Below are positions 13,610-25,730 of a stretch of 64,000 bases of DNA, piece after piece (the stretch's first letter is position 1; each line of letters begins with the position of its first letter). The stretch spans positions 2,772,831-2,836,830 of the forward strand of contig CM082578.2 in the NCBI GenBank assembly GCA_040954595.2, in the 5' to 3' direction. Under the pieces are notes generated by a model that searched no databases, was not told the DNA's origin, and saw nothing but the letters and a program-made list of their open reading frames with translations. Source of the DNA: Balanoglossus misakiensis. Lineage: Eukaryota > Animalia > Hemichordata. The translations under genes were made by a program, and so were the position numbers.

Positions 13610-13968
13610 TAAATGCGCTTGTATTAATTGGAGAAACTTATTTAGACGGACCAAGTTAAATTGTACAAGTAAATAATTAAAATAATGCGAAAAGTGGCAG
13701 CTATATGTGTAGAAGTACATATCCCCTGTTGACAGTGTCTGAAAATAGTGTGGGATTAGCGGATAATCTGAACTTGATCCGCATGCAGACATGAGCATTT
13801 GCATGTCGCTGTTTCTGTATAGCTTTAAAAATCCTCCAGGGTTCATATCTGAACATTGAACACAACAACACTGGTAACTAATCTGTCTGAATTATCAAAC
13901 GTACTTTTCTTCGAGTTTTTAGTTTCAGGTACTTGTCTATAATGTATTTTCCGTTCTATCAAATACAG

Positions 13969-14563
13969 GGCCCTGGTGACGGGAAAGAGTCGATTTCTAA
14001 TTGTGGGCACTGTAATGTGACGTCGTATGAAAACGGAGTTACCCTTTTTCATTGCAAGGTTTGTATATTGTGAACCATGACAACTTATTTTGATATCAAT
14101 ATTGGCCAAATGCACACACACACAAAATATGTTGCCTGAAGCAAGGCGAGAATGGAAATTTCTAGCCTTTTCATGTTGTCATAGGCATAACATGAAGAAA
14201 TGAAAAAAAAATATAGCAAACAGGTTGGTGGACGATTTAAACTGACGTTTTAGTTCTAGAGTCCTGGAAACGTGGGGCGTTAATGAAAATTTCCTTTTAT
14301 TAATAACTGTTGCTGTTATTGATCTTCTACAAAATGGACTAACAATCAATTAATAATTTCTTGCCTATTTAAATTTTCCTAACGACAATTATACATACAT
14401 GTAATTTACTTTTCAGGTATCAGAATGTCACGATGCATACTTGGGTCCCTTTTCCTGGGTGCCGTTCAAACCAGTCACTTCTTCCCTCTCTGACGGTTTT
14501 TGCGAGGAGGTCGACCCTCATTTTAGTGAAGTGTTGTATTATTGCGATTTCTATTTGTCCTGA
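13969..14563 (+). pseudogene. Secreted Cys-rich family copy A, exons 3-4 only (5' part missing)
   Basis: Exon 13969-14058 GPGDGKESISNCGHCNVTSYENGVTLFHCK and exon 14417-14563 VSECHDAYLGPFSWVPFKPVTSSLSDGFCEEVDPHFSEVLYYCDFYLS*, canonical AG/GT; no exon 1-2 homolog seen upstream. Confidence 0.75.
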
Positions 14564-15548
14564 TTTTGGCGAATTATCTTGATGAAATGGATTTGTCTTT
14601 AAACTGCATGGTGCCGTGGGAATGTTTTACAAGCTTATATATGCCAATAAAAGATGAATAAGAAAAGTAATTGTCTTGTGTTAACAATGGTGTATCTTTC
14701 ATTGTCTTTACGCCGTCTACATTCGTGCCGGCCAAGAGAAATGTTGCCTCAGTTCTAATTGTCTTTGCGCACATGGCGGCTTTCTGACAATCGTACAGAA
14801 TTAAAAAATTATGCATAGCCAACTTTTATGTCCACAATTGACATATCATTACAACAGCCAACGTGTGGTCTAAACCTCGTGTAACAGAATGCATCTCTAA
14901 ATTTTTCACCAACTGTTTAATCTAGTCTGTCCACAAGCAAGTTGAATTTGGTATCTTTACAGTTGGCTAGTAACTTTACGCTATGTTTTCAGTATTTTTG
15001 TTTTCTGTACCTATGCAGTTTTTTGATCAAATTTTTGAAGCATGAAGAAATGCCCAGCATACAGCATATCGTACCATACAGCTGACGTCCCATCTTTAAA
15101 TAAGTCAATCGGCACAGACAATTTTCGTACCAAACAAAAAAAATGGCGAAAAGAGAGCAACTTTGTTCCCTTGTAATGAGAAAGTGTATCTATTGCAGAA
15201 ATATTCGATGCTGTATCTTCATTACAATCTATTAATACAAACGCAAACACGGTACTAAAGATGTAACAAAAATACCCAGCCATTGCATATTTAATTTTAG
15301 TACCCGTAACAGCATTTTGTGTAAAATTCCTTTATGGAATGCAAAACAATCATGATGTACATACTAATGCCGGGCATGAGCATATAGAGTTGTAGGAATG
15401 GAGAAATGTGAGCGAAGTTTGTATGAATTTTCCGCGCCACACGTAATTGTCCAAGAATCTAGGGCCCCACTATGTTCAGCCGCCAGTCCTGTTAGTTTTC
15501 GTGTTCGAACGACAACCGCTGACACAAAAGATAAGAAATGTATTCAAG

Positions 15549-15583
15549 TTGCACATATTCCAATATGGCGCCGCCACATTTAA
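15549..15583 (+). promoter_or_regulatory. Conserved upstream element of the Cys-rich gene family
   Basis: TTG(C/A)(A/G)CATATTCCAATATGG(C/G)GC recurs at ~22537 and ~24606, upstream of copies B, D and E; contains a CCAAT box and a YY1-like AATATGGCG. Confidence 0.5.
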
Positions 15584-15731
15584 TTGTTTACAGACAGAAA
15601 TAAAAATCAATGACAAAAATAACTTGGTGCTTACGGATACAATTTGCATACTGTTTACCAGTATCGAGTGACGTGTCAAAACCTTTAAAACCTTGCTGTC
15701 GATGCTTGCATTCGTACCTAACATGCACACA

Positions 15732-18700
15732 ATGGTAAGTTCATACAAGACTTATAGAATCATGGTAAGTGTTCTGTCAAGCTTGGCCAGATGACAGGGC
15801 ATCGTGTTTGATTTCCTAACCATTGTCGTTTACTTTTTGACACAGATGGCATTAGGGACCGTTCAGTTTTTACGGCCGGGGGGGGGGGGGGGTCGGCAAA
15901 ATCCAGAGGGGGGGGGGGTCACTTAAATTTTGAAGTCCAAAAGGGGGGGGAGGTGGTCTGTTTTTTTTTAAAAGTTGAGTGGGGGTCACATACATTTGCC
16001 ACCGAACTTTTGCTTTTGAGTCCACAAAATTGCAGTTTCGCGCCCTTTATTTTACAAAATTTTCTCACCCACCCCCTTCATTCTTCACCACATATAGTGT
16101 ACCAAGGCGTAGCACTTTCCCACCCCACCCCCACCGATGCTAACATTGACTGCCAACAGTAAAATTTGTCCTCCCTAACATTTAGTTAATTTGCTTTTGA
16201 GTTCATTAAAATGCAACTTTCAGCACCGTTTTTTACAAAATTTTCTCTTGTCACAACCACCCCTGCCACATTTTTTGTTATACCAAGCCTACTAACCTAG
16301 TCCTAGCCGTATTTTGTCCGCTTTGCTTGTCATTTTAATTTATTCATAATTCATCCGTATTGCAACGATATACTATTATATACTTCAATTACTTTAAGAA
16401 ATTTAGAATTGAGGTGTGGGAACCCTCATTCCCTATAATGCATACAGTGTACATAGGATCAGGACGGAGATTGTTTTCGGCGTGGGGGGGGGGGGGTCAT
16501 CATATTTTTTAGCCTGTCAAAGGGGGGGGGTCATCATTTTTTGGTCCTCAGTGAAGGGGGGGGGGTCGGCCTGATTTTGAAAACCCATGACACAAACTTG
16601 TCGACCCCCCCCCCCCAACCGTAAAAACTGAACGGTCCCTTAGGCAAGAAGTCACTAGGCATACAGCGAATACGACCAAAAGGACAACCATCTCTAATCG
16701 TGACTGGGTAGAAAATGTTAAAAATATTTTTTTTTTTTTTCATTACACAGTGAAGTACCTTTGTGGTCTTCTCTGTTTAATTTAAACATACCCATTTTTC
16801 TAGTATATTGTAAACACAGAATAGTGCAAATGATGCAACAATTTTAATAAAAAAAGACGACATCAACTCATAATTTCATGTTCATCTGTTTTTTTTGTTC
16901 TATTTCAGACATTTCAACGATTTGCTGCCGCAACAATAGTTGTGTTGGTATCGTTTCATGCCAGTGGATCCATGGTGAATGCAGAGAATGGATTTCATGC
17001 GAGTGGGGTCATGGTGAAGGGAGAGGATCGGGAGAACAGTTTAAAATGCAATGTTGATGTGATCGCAGATGACGGATTGAATTACGTAGACTGTAATATC
17101 ACAGAGGAGTATCCTTCAGAGCTGCTCGCCAAGGTCAATGACGTCAGGGCTGGTCTTGTCAAGGAACGAAGTCGAAATTCGAATATTTGCGCTACGGGTT
17201 TTAAGACTGATACTAGGTTTTCAACTGTTATAATATCCGACAATCACCCTTCTGATAATATCGACCTGGTGAGTAATCTTACTATCCTTTCTGTCTCCGC
17301 TTAGGGACTAAAAAAGCTGTCTGCCGAAGTGTATTAGAAATCCCGTAATAACTGTCTGAAAATATAGTTGACGAGCGGCTAATTCGTACACGTCACGCAG
17401 ACTTACGACTTTTCTTGTCGCTGTTTTTGTTTAGTAGAATTGAGATCCCATCTAAGGTTCAACTCTCAACGCCACAACAACAAAATTCTGTTAAAAGTAA
17501 CTAATCTGTCAGTATTACCAAGTAATGCTTTCATACAATACACGATTATATAGAAAGGCTTCAAAACTTTGATAAATGCCAGGTACTTGTCTAACGCATT
17601 TTCCATTCTATTAAATACAGGGCCCTGGTGACGGAATCAAGTTGATTTCCAGTTGTGAACACTGTGATTTGACACTGTATGCCAATGGAATTACTGCTTA
17701 TCATTGCAAGGTGTGTATATTGTGAACCATTATTATAATGCGCTTTGTGTTTGATGACAATACATAATACAACATCATAATGCATGTTGCCTGACAATCA
17801 GGACAGGATAGAAATCATTATTATTAATCAATAATCAGTCTCAGACTGGTTTTGTTCCAGCGAAAGACAAATCACACAATATTCCAGTCGACTTATCTCC
17901 TGTCACGAAGCCATCCATCGATCAGCATCCAAGAAATGTTCTACGCTGCGCCTTCATGAACTGTCGATCATTGTGCAATAAATCCACAGCTATCAACGAA
18001 TTCCTTCAAGACTGTCATTTGGATGTTTTAATGCTTGCTGAAACGTGGCTTCGTGACGATGACAGTGATTCATCCCTCATCAATGAAACTCTGCCACCAG
18101 GCTATAGCATCATCAGTGTTCCGCGTAAAGGTCGTGGGGGAGGCATCGCTACGATTTTTAAATCTTCACTGTTAGTGTCACAATGTCCACCTTCTACCTC
18201 AATCAAGTCGTTTGAATTAATGGAGGTACGTATAAAAACTCCATCGTCGCATATCACACTAGCCACGGTTTACCGTCCTCCTCCGAATAAAACAAATGGT
18301 TTCACTGTTGATGACTTCGTTAATGACTTCACTGACTTCTTGTCTTCTCATCTCACCAACAACGCCCCTCTTGTCATCACTGGCGACTTCAATTTTCATA
18401 TTGACAATCTGAACTGCCCAAATGCCCGGAAATATCATGACATTCTGGAGTCGTTTTCTATGAGTCAATTGATAACTTCTCCTACACATCGTGCTGGCCA
18501 TACTATTGACCATATCATTACTCGTGCTGATGACAGTACCATCGCTGATGTCCGAGTTGAACCGATCCATGCGATCTCTGATCATTTCCCAGTGTTATTC
18601 TCAATACGCAATTACTCTTACGTTAGAAAAACGCGTAAATCTGTTACATCAAGGGATATGAAATCCTTTTCCGCTAATGGTTTCGCTGCTGATTTATCTG

Positions 18701-21331
18701 CATCCATCCGCCTTCAACCCGATGCTGACGTATCTACTAATTGGGATTTGCTTAAAAACACTGTTAGCGATATATTTGATCGCCATGCACCAACCCGTGT
18801 GAGACTAGTGCCAAATAGGCGACCAGTGCCATGGATTAATCAGTCAATCATCGATGCCCGGTTGAAAAGAATGAAGGCAGAAAAAATGTGGAGAAAATCT
18901 AGGTTGGAAGTACATCGCCAGATTTACAGGGCCTGTCGGACCGACGTCGTTCGCCTTGTGGATGCTGCTAAAAAGAACCATTATGTCGGCCTTGTTGACG
19001 AGTGCTCAGGTAACCAAAAACAATTATTCAAGGTCGTAAAGGGACTGCTTGGTCACAATAACACATCCACTGTACTACCAAAACATGATGATTCTCTGGA
19101 ATTAGCAAATCGTTTTGCAAAATTCTTCATTAATCGCGTAAAATCACTAACTATAAATATGGGCAATTCCATTCGACATCATTCACAACCACAAACTGAT
19201 TTGAAATCCGATTGTCGCCTTAATGCCTTTGAGCCTACAACTGCTGATGAAATTGACAAGGTTATTCGTGCATCGCCTTCATCTACTTGTCGCCTTGATC
19301 CGATTCCAACCAAGATCTTCAAACATTCTGACATTTTACAAGTTTTGTTACCACATATCACAGAAATCTTCAATAACTCTCTGCAGTATGGTGTTGTACC
19401 TGCTCATTTCAAGGAAGCCGTCGTTAAACCTCTACTTAAAAAGCCATCTCTTGATCATGAAGTTCTCAAAAATTTCCGTCCTGTATCCAACCTGCCGTTT
19501 TTGTCGAAGATCCTGGAACGTATTGTTGCCAAGAGACTGACTTCTCACATTGTCAACCATTCATTGGACGAGCCTTTGCAATCTGCTTACAAGCCAGGAC
19601 ACAGTACTGAGACTGCTCTCCTCAAAGTAACAAATGACATTTTGCTTGCTCTTGATGAAAAAAGAGATGTTTTCTTGGTATTACTCGATCTTTCCGCAGC
19701 ATTTGACACTGTGAACCATACCATTTTACTCAATCGCTTAAGAGACCGCTTTGGTCTCTCTGATACTGTTCTCATGTGGTTTAAGTCATACCTTTCCAAT
19801 CGTAGTCAGTGTGTACTTGTAAATTCCACCCAATCACCTTTTTATCCGCTCGACACTGGGGTACCACAGGGATCAGTTCTTGGTCCCATACTTTTCAATA
19901 TGTACACGTCTCCATTAGGTGAATTAGTTCAAAGTCATGGTTGTCTTTATAGTTTTTATGCAGATGACTCTTCACTTTATATGTCTTTTAGTAAAGACAA
20001 CGCAGCAAGAACTGTTTCAAATCTTGAACTTTGTATATCTGATGTTAGGTTTTGGATGTCTGAAAACTTCTTGTGCTTAAACGATGATAAGACTGAATTT
20101 GTTATTTTCTCTGGTATTTTGGGTGATCTGTCTGCTAGAGGGATTTCAGAAATTCGTGTTGGCGATTCTCTGATTCCCGTCCATTGTTAGGCTAAGAGCC
20201 TTGGAGTGATCCTTGACTCTTGTCTGACAATGAAGCCACATATTGGACAGATCTGCCGCTCTGCCACTTTTCATTTACGTCGCATTGCGCTTATCCGCAA
20301 ATATTTATCTCATTCTGCTACAGAGCAATTAGTTCATGCATTCATTACGTCTCGAATTGATTCATGTAATTCACTTTTATTTGGGCTCCCGAAGTATTCA
20401 ATCAACCGTATCCAACGCGTTCAGAATATTGCTGCTAGAATTGTAACTCGTTCAAAAATCACCTGTCACATCACTCCAATTTTGTATCAGTTGCACTGGC
20501 TACCTGTTACAGAGCGTATTGTTTTTAAGATGTTAGTTCTCATTTTTAAATCCATTCATAAACTTGGTCCAATCTATCTTTCTAGCATGACTAATCTATA
20601 TGTTCCGTGTCGCAATTTAAGGTCAGCTGATCAGTTCAAACTCTGCCCTGTTCGATCACGCACCAAGAGTTATGGTGATCGTGCTTTTACTGTTGCTGCT
20701 CCAATTCTTTGGAATAATCTTCCACTCACCATTCGCCAGGCACCAGACTTATCTGTTTTTAAATCAAATGTTAAAACTTTACTTTTTAAATCTGTTTTTT
20801 AGCCATTTGTTGTATTGTACTTTTGCTTTAAGCGTCATTGATCACATTTTTTGTGGATACTGACGCTATACAAATAAATTATTATTATTATTATTATTAT
20901 TCTAGCTTTTCAGTGTTGTTTTTGTAGACTAAAACAAACAGAATTGAAAAATAGCACGCACAGGCCGGTGGAAAATTCAGCGCATGGTTTAAGTTCTAGA
21001 GTCTGGGAAACATGTCGATAAGAATTATGGAAAATTTCTGTTGTGTATAGAAGATAGTCTACCAATCAATTCAGCTCTTTTTAAAATACATAAAACGCCA
21101 CCGATTGTTATACATCTGTCTAGTCACTATATACTTTCCCATCTGTAAATATTAACAATCAAACCCTTTCCCATCCCTTTTCAGGAAACGGAATGTGACG
21201 AGGCATTCTCGGGTCCCTTTTCCTGGGTTCCGGTCAAACCAGTTTCTTTTTCCATCCCCGACGGCGCTTGTCTGTATTCCATCCCTCGGTTTGGTGAGCA
21301 GTTCTTTTTCTGTGATTTCTATCTTCTCTAA
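15732..21331 (+). CDS. Secreted Cys-rich protein, family copy B (199 aa, 4 exons)
   Basis: Exons 15732-15734 (ATG|gtaag), 16909-17268, 17621-17710, 21185-21331; all phase 0, canonical splice sites; N-terminus MTFQRFAAATIVVLVSFHASG is signal-peptide-like; exons conserved in paralogs. Confidence 0.85.
15855..16639. mobile_element. PIF/Harbinger-type MITE, copy 3 (intron 1 of copy B)
   Basis: Same TIRs, TTA/TTA TSD. Confidence 0.85.
17816..20900 (+). mobile_element. L2/CR1-clade LINE, 5' truncated, in intron 3 of copy B
   Basis: APE-RT ORF2, 3' (ATT)n tail at ~20878-20900; paralog copy A shows the empty site GGAAATTTCTAGC (~14152-14165) matching flanks GAAAT | TCTAGC. Confidence 0.9.
17956..20802 (+). 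pseudogene. LINE ORF2 endonuclease/reverse transcriptase with one in-frame stop
   Basis: ETWL, YRPP, GDFN, SDH (APE); LDLSAAFDTVNH, GVPQGSVLGPILF, YADD (RT); HITPILYQLHWLPV (L2-type C-terminus); TAG at 20188-20190, downstream ORF 20206-20802 in the same frame. Confidence 0.92.
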
Positions 21332-21473
21332 TTTTGGTGAATTATCTTAAGGACATGGATTTTTCTGTAACGTTCGTGGAATACTTATAGTCAAACTGTA
21401 TTGAGTTTGAGAGGAATGTATTAAATAATGTCTATAAAGGAATTGTAGTAGTCTCGTTTTTTTTTTTTAATTC

Positions 21474-21555
21474 GGAAGCCTCGCCCATGATTTTTTGGTT
21501 TTCGCCTCGCCCTTGCCCATAAACAAACGTTAATGGTCAGGGCGTCTTCCATTAT
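21474..21555 (-). repeat. Short dispersed repeat
   Basis: Reverse complement of ~43900-43980 and ~60855-60935 (GACGCCCTGACCATTAACGTTTGTTTATGGGCAAGGGCGA). Confidence 0.7.
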
Positions 21556-21643
21556 AATAGTCAGATTCGCTGGATCTCTCAAACTGAGATGGTGAATTAC
21601 CGTACAGTAGCCCGCCAGGTGTGTACGACACTGAGATCTTCAG

Positions 21644-21842
21644 ATGGTGTATCTTCATGCTGCCTACATTCGCCCTGTCCACAACAAATGTTGTCACAGT
21701 TGTAATTATGTTTTATTTCTTTTCCTTGGTTCCCATCAAACCAGTTACTTCTTCCTTGTCTGGCGGCGTTTGTCTGCAGGATGCCATCTCTCACTTTGGT
21801 GAAGTGATCTCTTACTGCAATTTCTATCTTTCCTACTTTTAG
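21644..21842 (+). pseudogene. Orphan degenerate copy of family exon 4 (copy C)
   Basis: HAAYIRP ... FSLVPIKPVTSSLSGGVCLQDAISHFGEVISYCNFYLSYF*, disrupted by a frameshifting ~40-bp insertion. Confidence 0.7.
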
Positions 21843-22735
21843 TCAGTTTTCTCGATGGCATGGGTTTTTCAGTAAAATTAATGGAATAATCAAACTGTAC
21901 TGAGTTTCATGGGAAAATTATTCCAATAAAAGAAGAAAGGTAGCCTAGTTGTCTCGTGTCAACAAGTGTATACTCTTATTCCACCACGTGTTATTTTCGA
22001 ACCGGAGAACTTTTAGAACAACACATTTTCCTAAATAAGACACGCTCATATATTTTTGGACACACTCCCTTAATTTTGGCTGTGCCGTGCATGGCAAAGG
22101 CAAACGAATGGCAGTATTTCTTATGTACATGTCATGTGGCTACCTGCCCACCACTACAGGTTATATGCGAGAAACATTAGGGAATGGCGCATTTTCCTTG
22201 TTTTGTTACGTTTTTTACCATATATGAGTCAGCTAAGAGAAAATTAGCGTAGCCCAAAATAGACGAGCGACAAGAACTCCAGTAAAACTCGTGTAAACAT
22301 ATCCCAACTGAACATTCGTAAACAATACATTTTATATTGTGAGCCAGCCAGCTTTGGACGGATCTGTGAGTAAGAAAGGGCAAGAGAGATTGTAGCATTT
22401 TCCTCACTACACGTAATTGTTCAGACGACTTCGGAGTCCAGGGGCAGGGCCATAAATTTACATATCCAGCCGCCTGAGCTTTCGGTTTCCATGTTCACAG
22501 TACAGTCACTGACACAAGACCGCGAATGTTTTCTACTTGCACATATTCCAATATGGCGCTACCGCATTTATTATTTTACAGACAGGAATCTATATTTTCC
22601 TAAGGCAAATATAGCTCGGTGCTTATGAATAGAGTTTAAATATAAACATGTATATAAATGGCGAGTCAAGAAGTTTCAACATAGCTGAGGTGAACCTTGC
22701 TGTCAATGTTTGCATTCGTATGTAATACGCACACA

Positions 22736-24005
22736 ATGGTAATTTGACTATAGTTACAAGATTCATGATTTCCTGAAAAATGCACTCGTTTTAATAAGGT
22801 TAAGACGGCATATACTCATTGTCAGTACATCTGCTTTTTTTTCATCTCAGACATTACACCGATTTGCCGTATCAACAATAGTTGTGTTGATATCGTTCCA
22901 TGCGAGTGGATATATGGTTTATGCAGAGAATGGAGAGAGAACTCGAGATTGTCACAGTGAAAGATGCAATGCTTATGTGAACACAGTGGACGGATTGACT
23001 TACGGAGACTGTGAATTAACAGAATAGTGTCCCGCAGAGCTGTTCGCCAAAGTCAACGACGTCAAGGCTGGTCTCGTACAAGAAAGAAGTCGAAGTCAAT
23101 TTGTATACGCTAAGGATTATAAAAACGATACGCATTATTCACTTCTTACAATATCAGACAAGTGCCTTTCCGATGATATTGATCTGGTGCGTAAAGTATT
23201 ATAAAAATCATTCTTTCATATTTTTACGCAGTGCATTTCTTTTCTCGGCCTTATGCCTAACTGACAAAAGCTATCTGGAGATGTGTAAATCACCTGTTGA
23301 CTCTGGAAATACTGGGTGAATAGCGGATAATCTTGACTTAATCCGTGACTTAGGTATTTGCTTCTGTATGACTTATGTAGAAGCGAGTTTATCGTAAGAA
23401 CCTCACAAACGCATATCTCAACGCCACAATAAAATATGTCTAGTATTAAAACTAATCTTTTTATATCCACAAATTTGACAAATCAGGTACTTGTCTAACG
23501 TATTTTCCCTTCAGGGAAGCGGTGAGGGGAGCGAGTTGATTTCCAGTTGTGGGAAATGCGATTGTATAGTCTATGCCAACGGAATTACCGCTTATCATTG
23601 CAAGGTTTGTCTGCTGTGAACCATTATTATAATCCACTTTGTCTTTGAAATCAATATAATACAAAAAATGGACGATATAAATTAAATTTGTCTACTATAG
23701 TTCTAGAGTCTTGGTAACATATGGGCTGATAATTGAGGATTACTATTTTATAACTGCTGTGGATCGCCTATAGTGTAGAATCACAAACAATTCATCTGTT
23801 CTTGAGATTAAACCTGATTTAACATTTTCCTTATTAATGATATTATATTCCTTTTCAGGAATCGGAATGTGACGACGCATTCTCGGGTCCCTTTTCCTGG
23901 GTTCCGGTCAAACCAGTTTCTTTTTCCATCCCCGACGGCGCTTGTCTGTATTCCATCCCTCACTTTGGTGAGGGCTTCTTTTACTGTGATTTCTATACTG
24001 CCTGA
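22736..24005 (+). pseudogene. Secreted Cys-rich family copy D with one nonsense codon
   Basis: Exons 22736-22738, 22851-23186, 23515-23604, 23859-24005; in-frame TAG at 23025-23027, otherwise open with canonical splice sites. Confidence 0.82.
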
Positions 24006-24649
24006 TTTATGAAATAGAATTGTCTTTAAAGTTGATGGAATAGTCCAACTGTAATAAAAATTACGCCAATAGAGGAATACAGTAGTGGTCTGATGTAAAC
24101 GAGTGTGAACGTTTTCCTCACGTGGTTATTTGAACCGGAGCTATCAGAATAAAACCATTTGCTAAATTTATGAAGCGAAAAGATCACCTGGAAAACATTG
24201 TCGCTGTTATAATTGCATTTTCCTTAATGGAGAAACGTCAGAGCATTGAGAGATGCATAGTTATCTTTCTATTAAAATGAAACAATTTGAAATTTCTGAA
24301 CGTGAGGAACTGTCTATGCTACAGCATATTCAAGTGTTGTATCTTCATTTCAATGCATTTTACAAAGGTAAAAATGTGTAGCAAAAATAGCCAGCCATCT
24401 TATTTCAGTATACATACCAGCAATTTGTGAACATTAGTTTGTATATACCATTCCTTTATCGGAATGCAAAACATTCATGATGTACATACTAATGTTGGGA
24501 ATGGCCATATACAGTTACATGTATAGGGATGAGTAATTTAATGCACACTTATAGAAAGTTCACGGAAAATAACAGTCACTGATACAACGCAAATAATGTT
24601 TGTGCTTGAGCATATTCCAATATGGGGCCACCAGGTTTTAAGTTTTACA

Positions 24650-24905
24650 TGTGGATATATAGTGAATCAATGTTTGGTCAGACACAACTCCCATCCCATT
24701 TGTAGGATATGAGATTAAATATCTCGCCAAAATGAATAAATGGTAAACACCGATTATTTTTACTCTCGTGTCTACAAATGGGATGGAAGTTGTGTGTGGT
24801 TGAATGTTTATTCAATATATATACACATGTACATTAACATAAACAGTATATTGTATCAAACATAATTCATGGCAAAAGGGCAGCGAGAGAGAGACTTTGT
24901 CCCTT
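24650..24905. mobile_element. MITE fragment related to the termini of the 45717-50313 foldback
   Basis: Shares GGATATATAGTGAATCAA, TAGGATATGAG..ATCTCGCCAAAATGAATAA and terminal GACTTTGTCCC. Confidence 0.65.
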
Positions 24906-25730
24906 TCAATCTTGCCTGGTATAGGTCAACAAGACTTTACTGTGTGGATAAGGCGACTATGTCTTAATTACTTCAGAAAAAAACCTGAACACTTGAAATG
25001 GTGTGCATATTTACCCATAGCCACCAATGTTTTACTCGTCTGTCGAGAGCCAAACCAGTGTGACTGTGAAGAATTTATCATTGTACCGCAGAATCAGCGA
25101 GCTTTTTGGCGTGTTTAAATGTTTCCTCAAAACTACAATTCAAGAAAATATATTCACAAGGAATGTAGTGTATTTTTGGAGCTAAACAACTATATCGAGT
25201 CATACGTGTAAAAGCGACCGTGGAAATTTAGCAAAATTATCTTTTTATAGCAGCATAGTCGTGTACCAATGGAAACGTTTCAGATCAACAGTCGTTTTAC
25301 TTTTACAGGAGATAACGATGAAGTTAATGCAAATTGTTTCTGCGCTTTCACCTTGTACGCGTGCGCAAATTACAGGACGCTGGTGTAGCTGTGGTTGATC
25401 ATGGCCGCCCACCTGGCATGGCGCACCTTCGCTTGCCAATAAAGCGTGTTTATTCTATTATAGTAGGGCACGTAGCGACCCTCCCTCAAAACGGGTCGGA
25501 CGCTGTCACGATAGACTAATAGATCCAGTTATACGCGGGCACGATTGAATATCTTAAATACAAAATATCTTAAATATAAATATTAAATATCTTAATATCC
25601 CGGCAGCTAAGAATAAAATGTATTATATATATGTATGTTAAGTGAAGAGTCGTGCAGTTTTAACATACCTCAACAAGTTGACATAGATGAATCGTGCGGT
25701 CGATGTTTGCATCCTTCTCTGATATATAAC

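Noticed and set aside
13843-14121. Similar minus-strand ORFs at 13843, 17591, 23461 and 26566 as a gene family
   Set aside because: They are antisense shadows of the conserved plus-strand 90-bp exon 3, which has proper splice sites.
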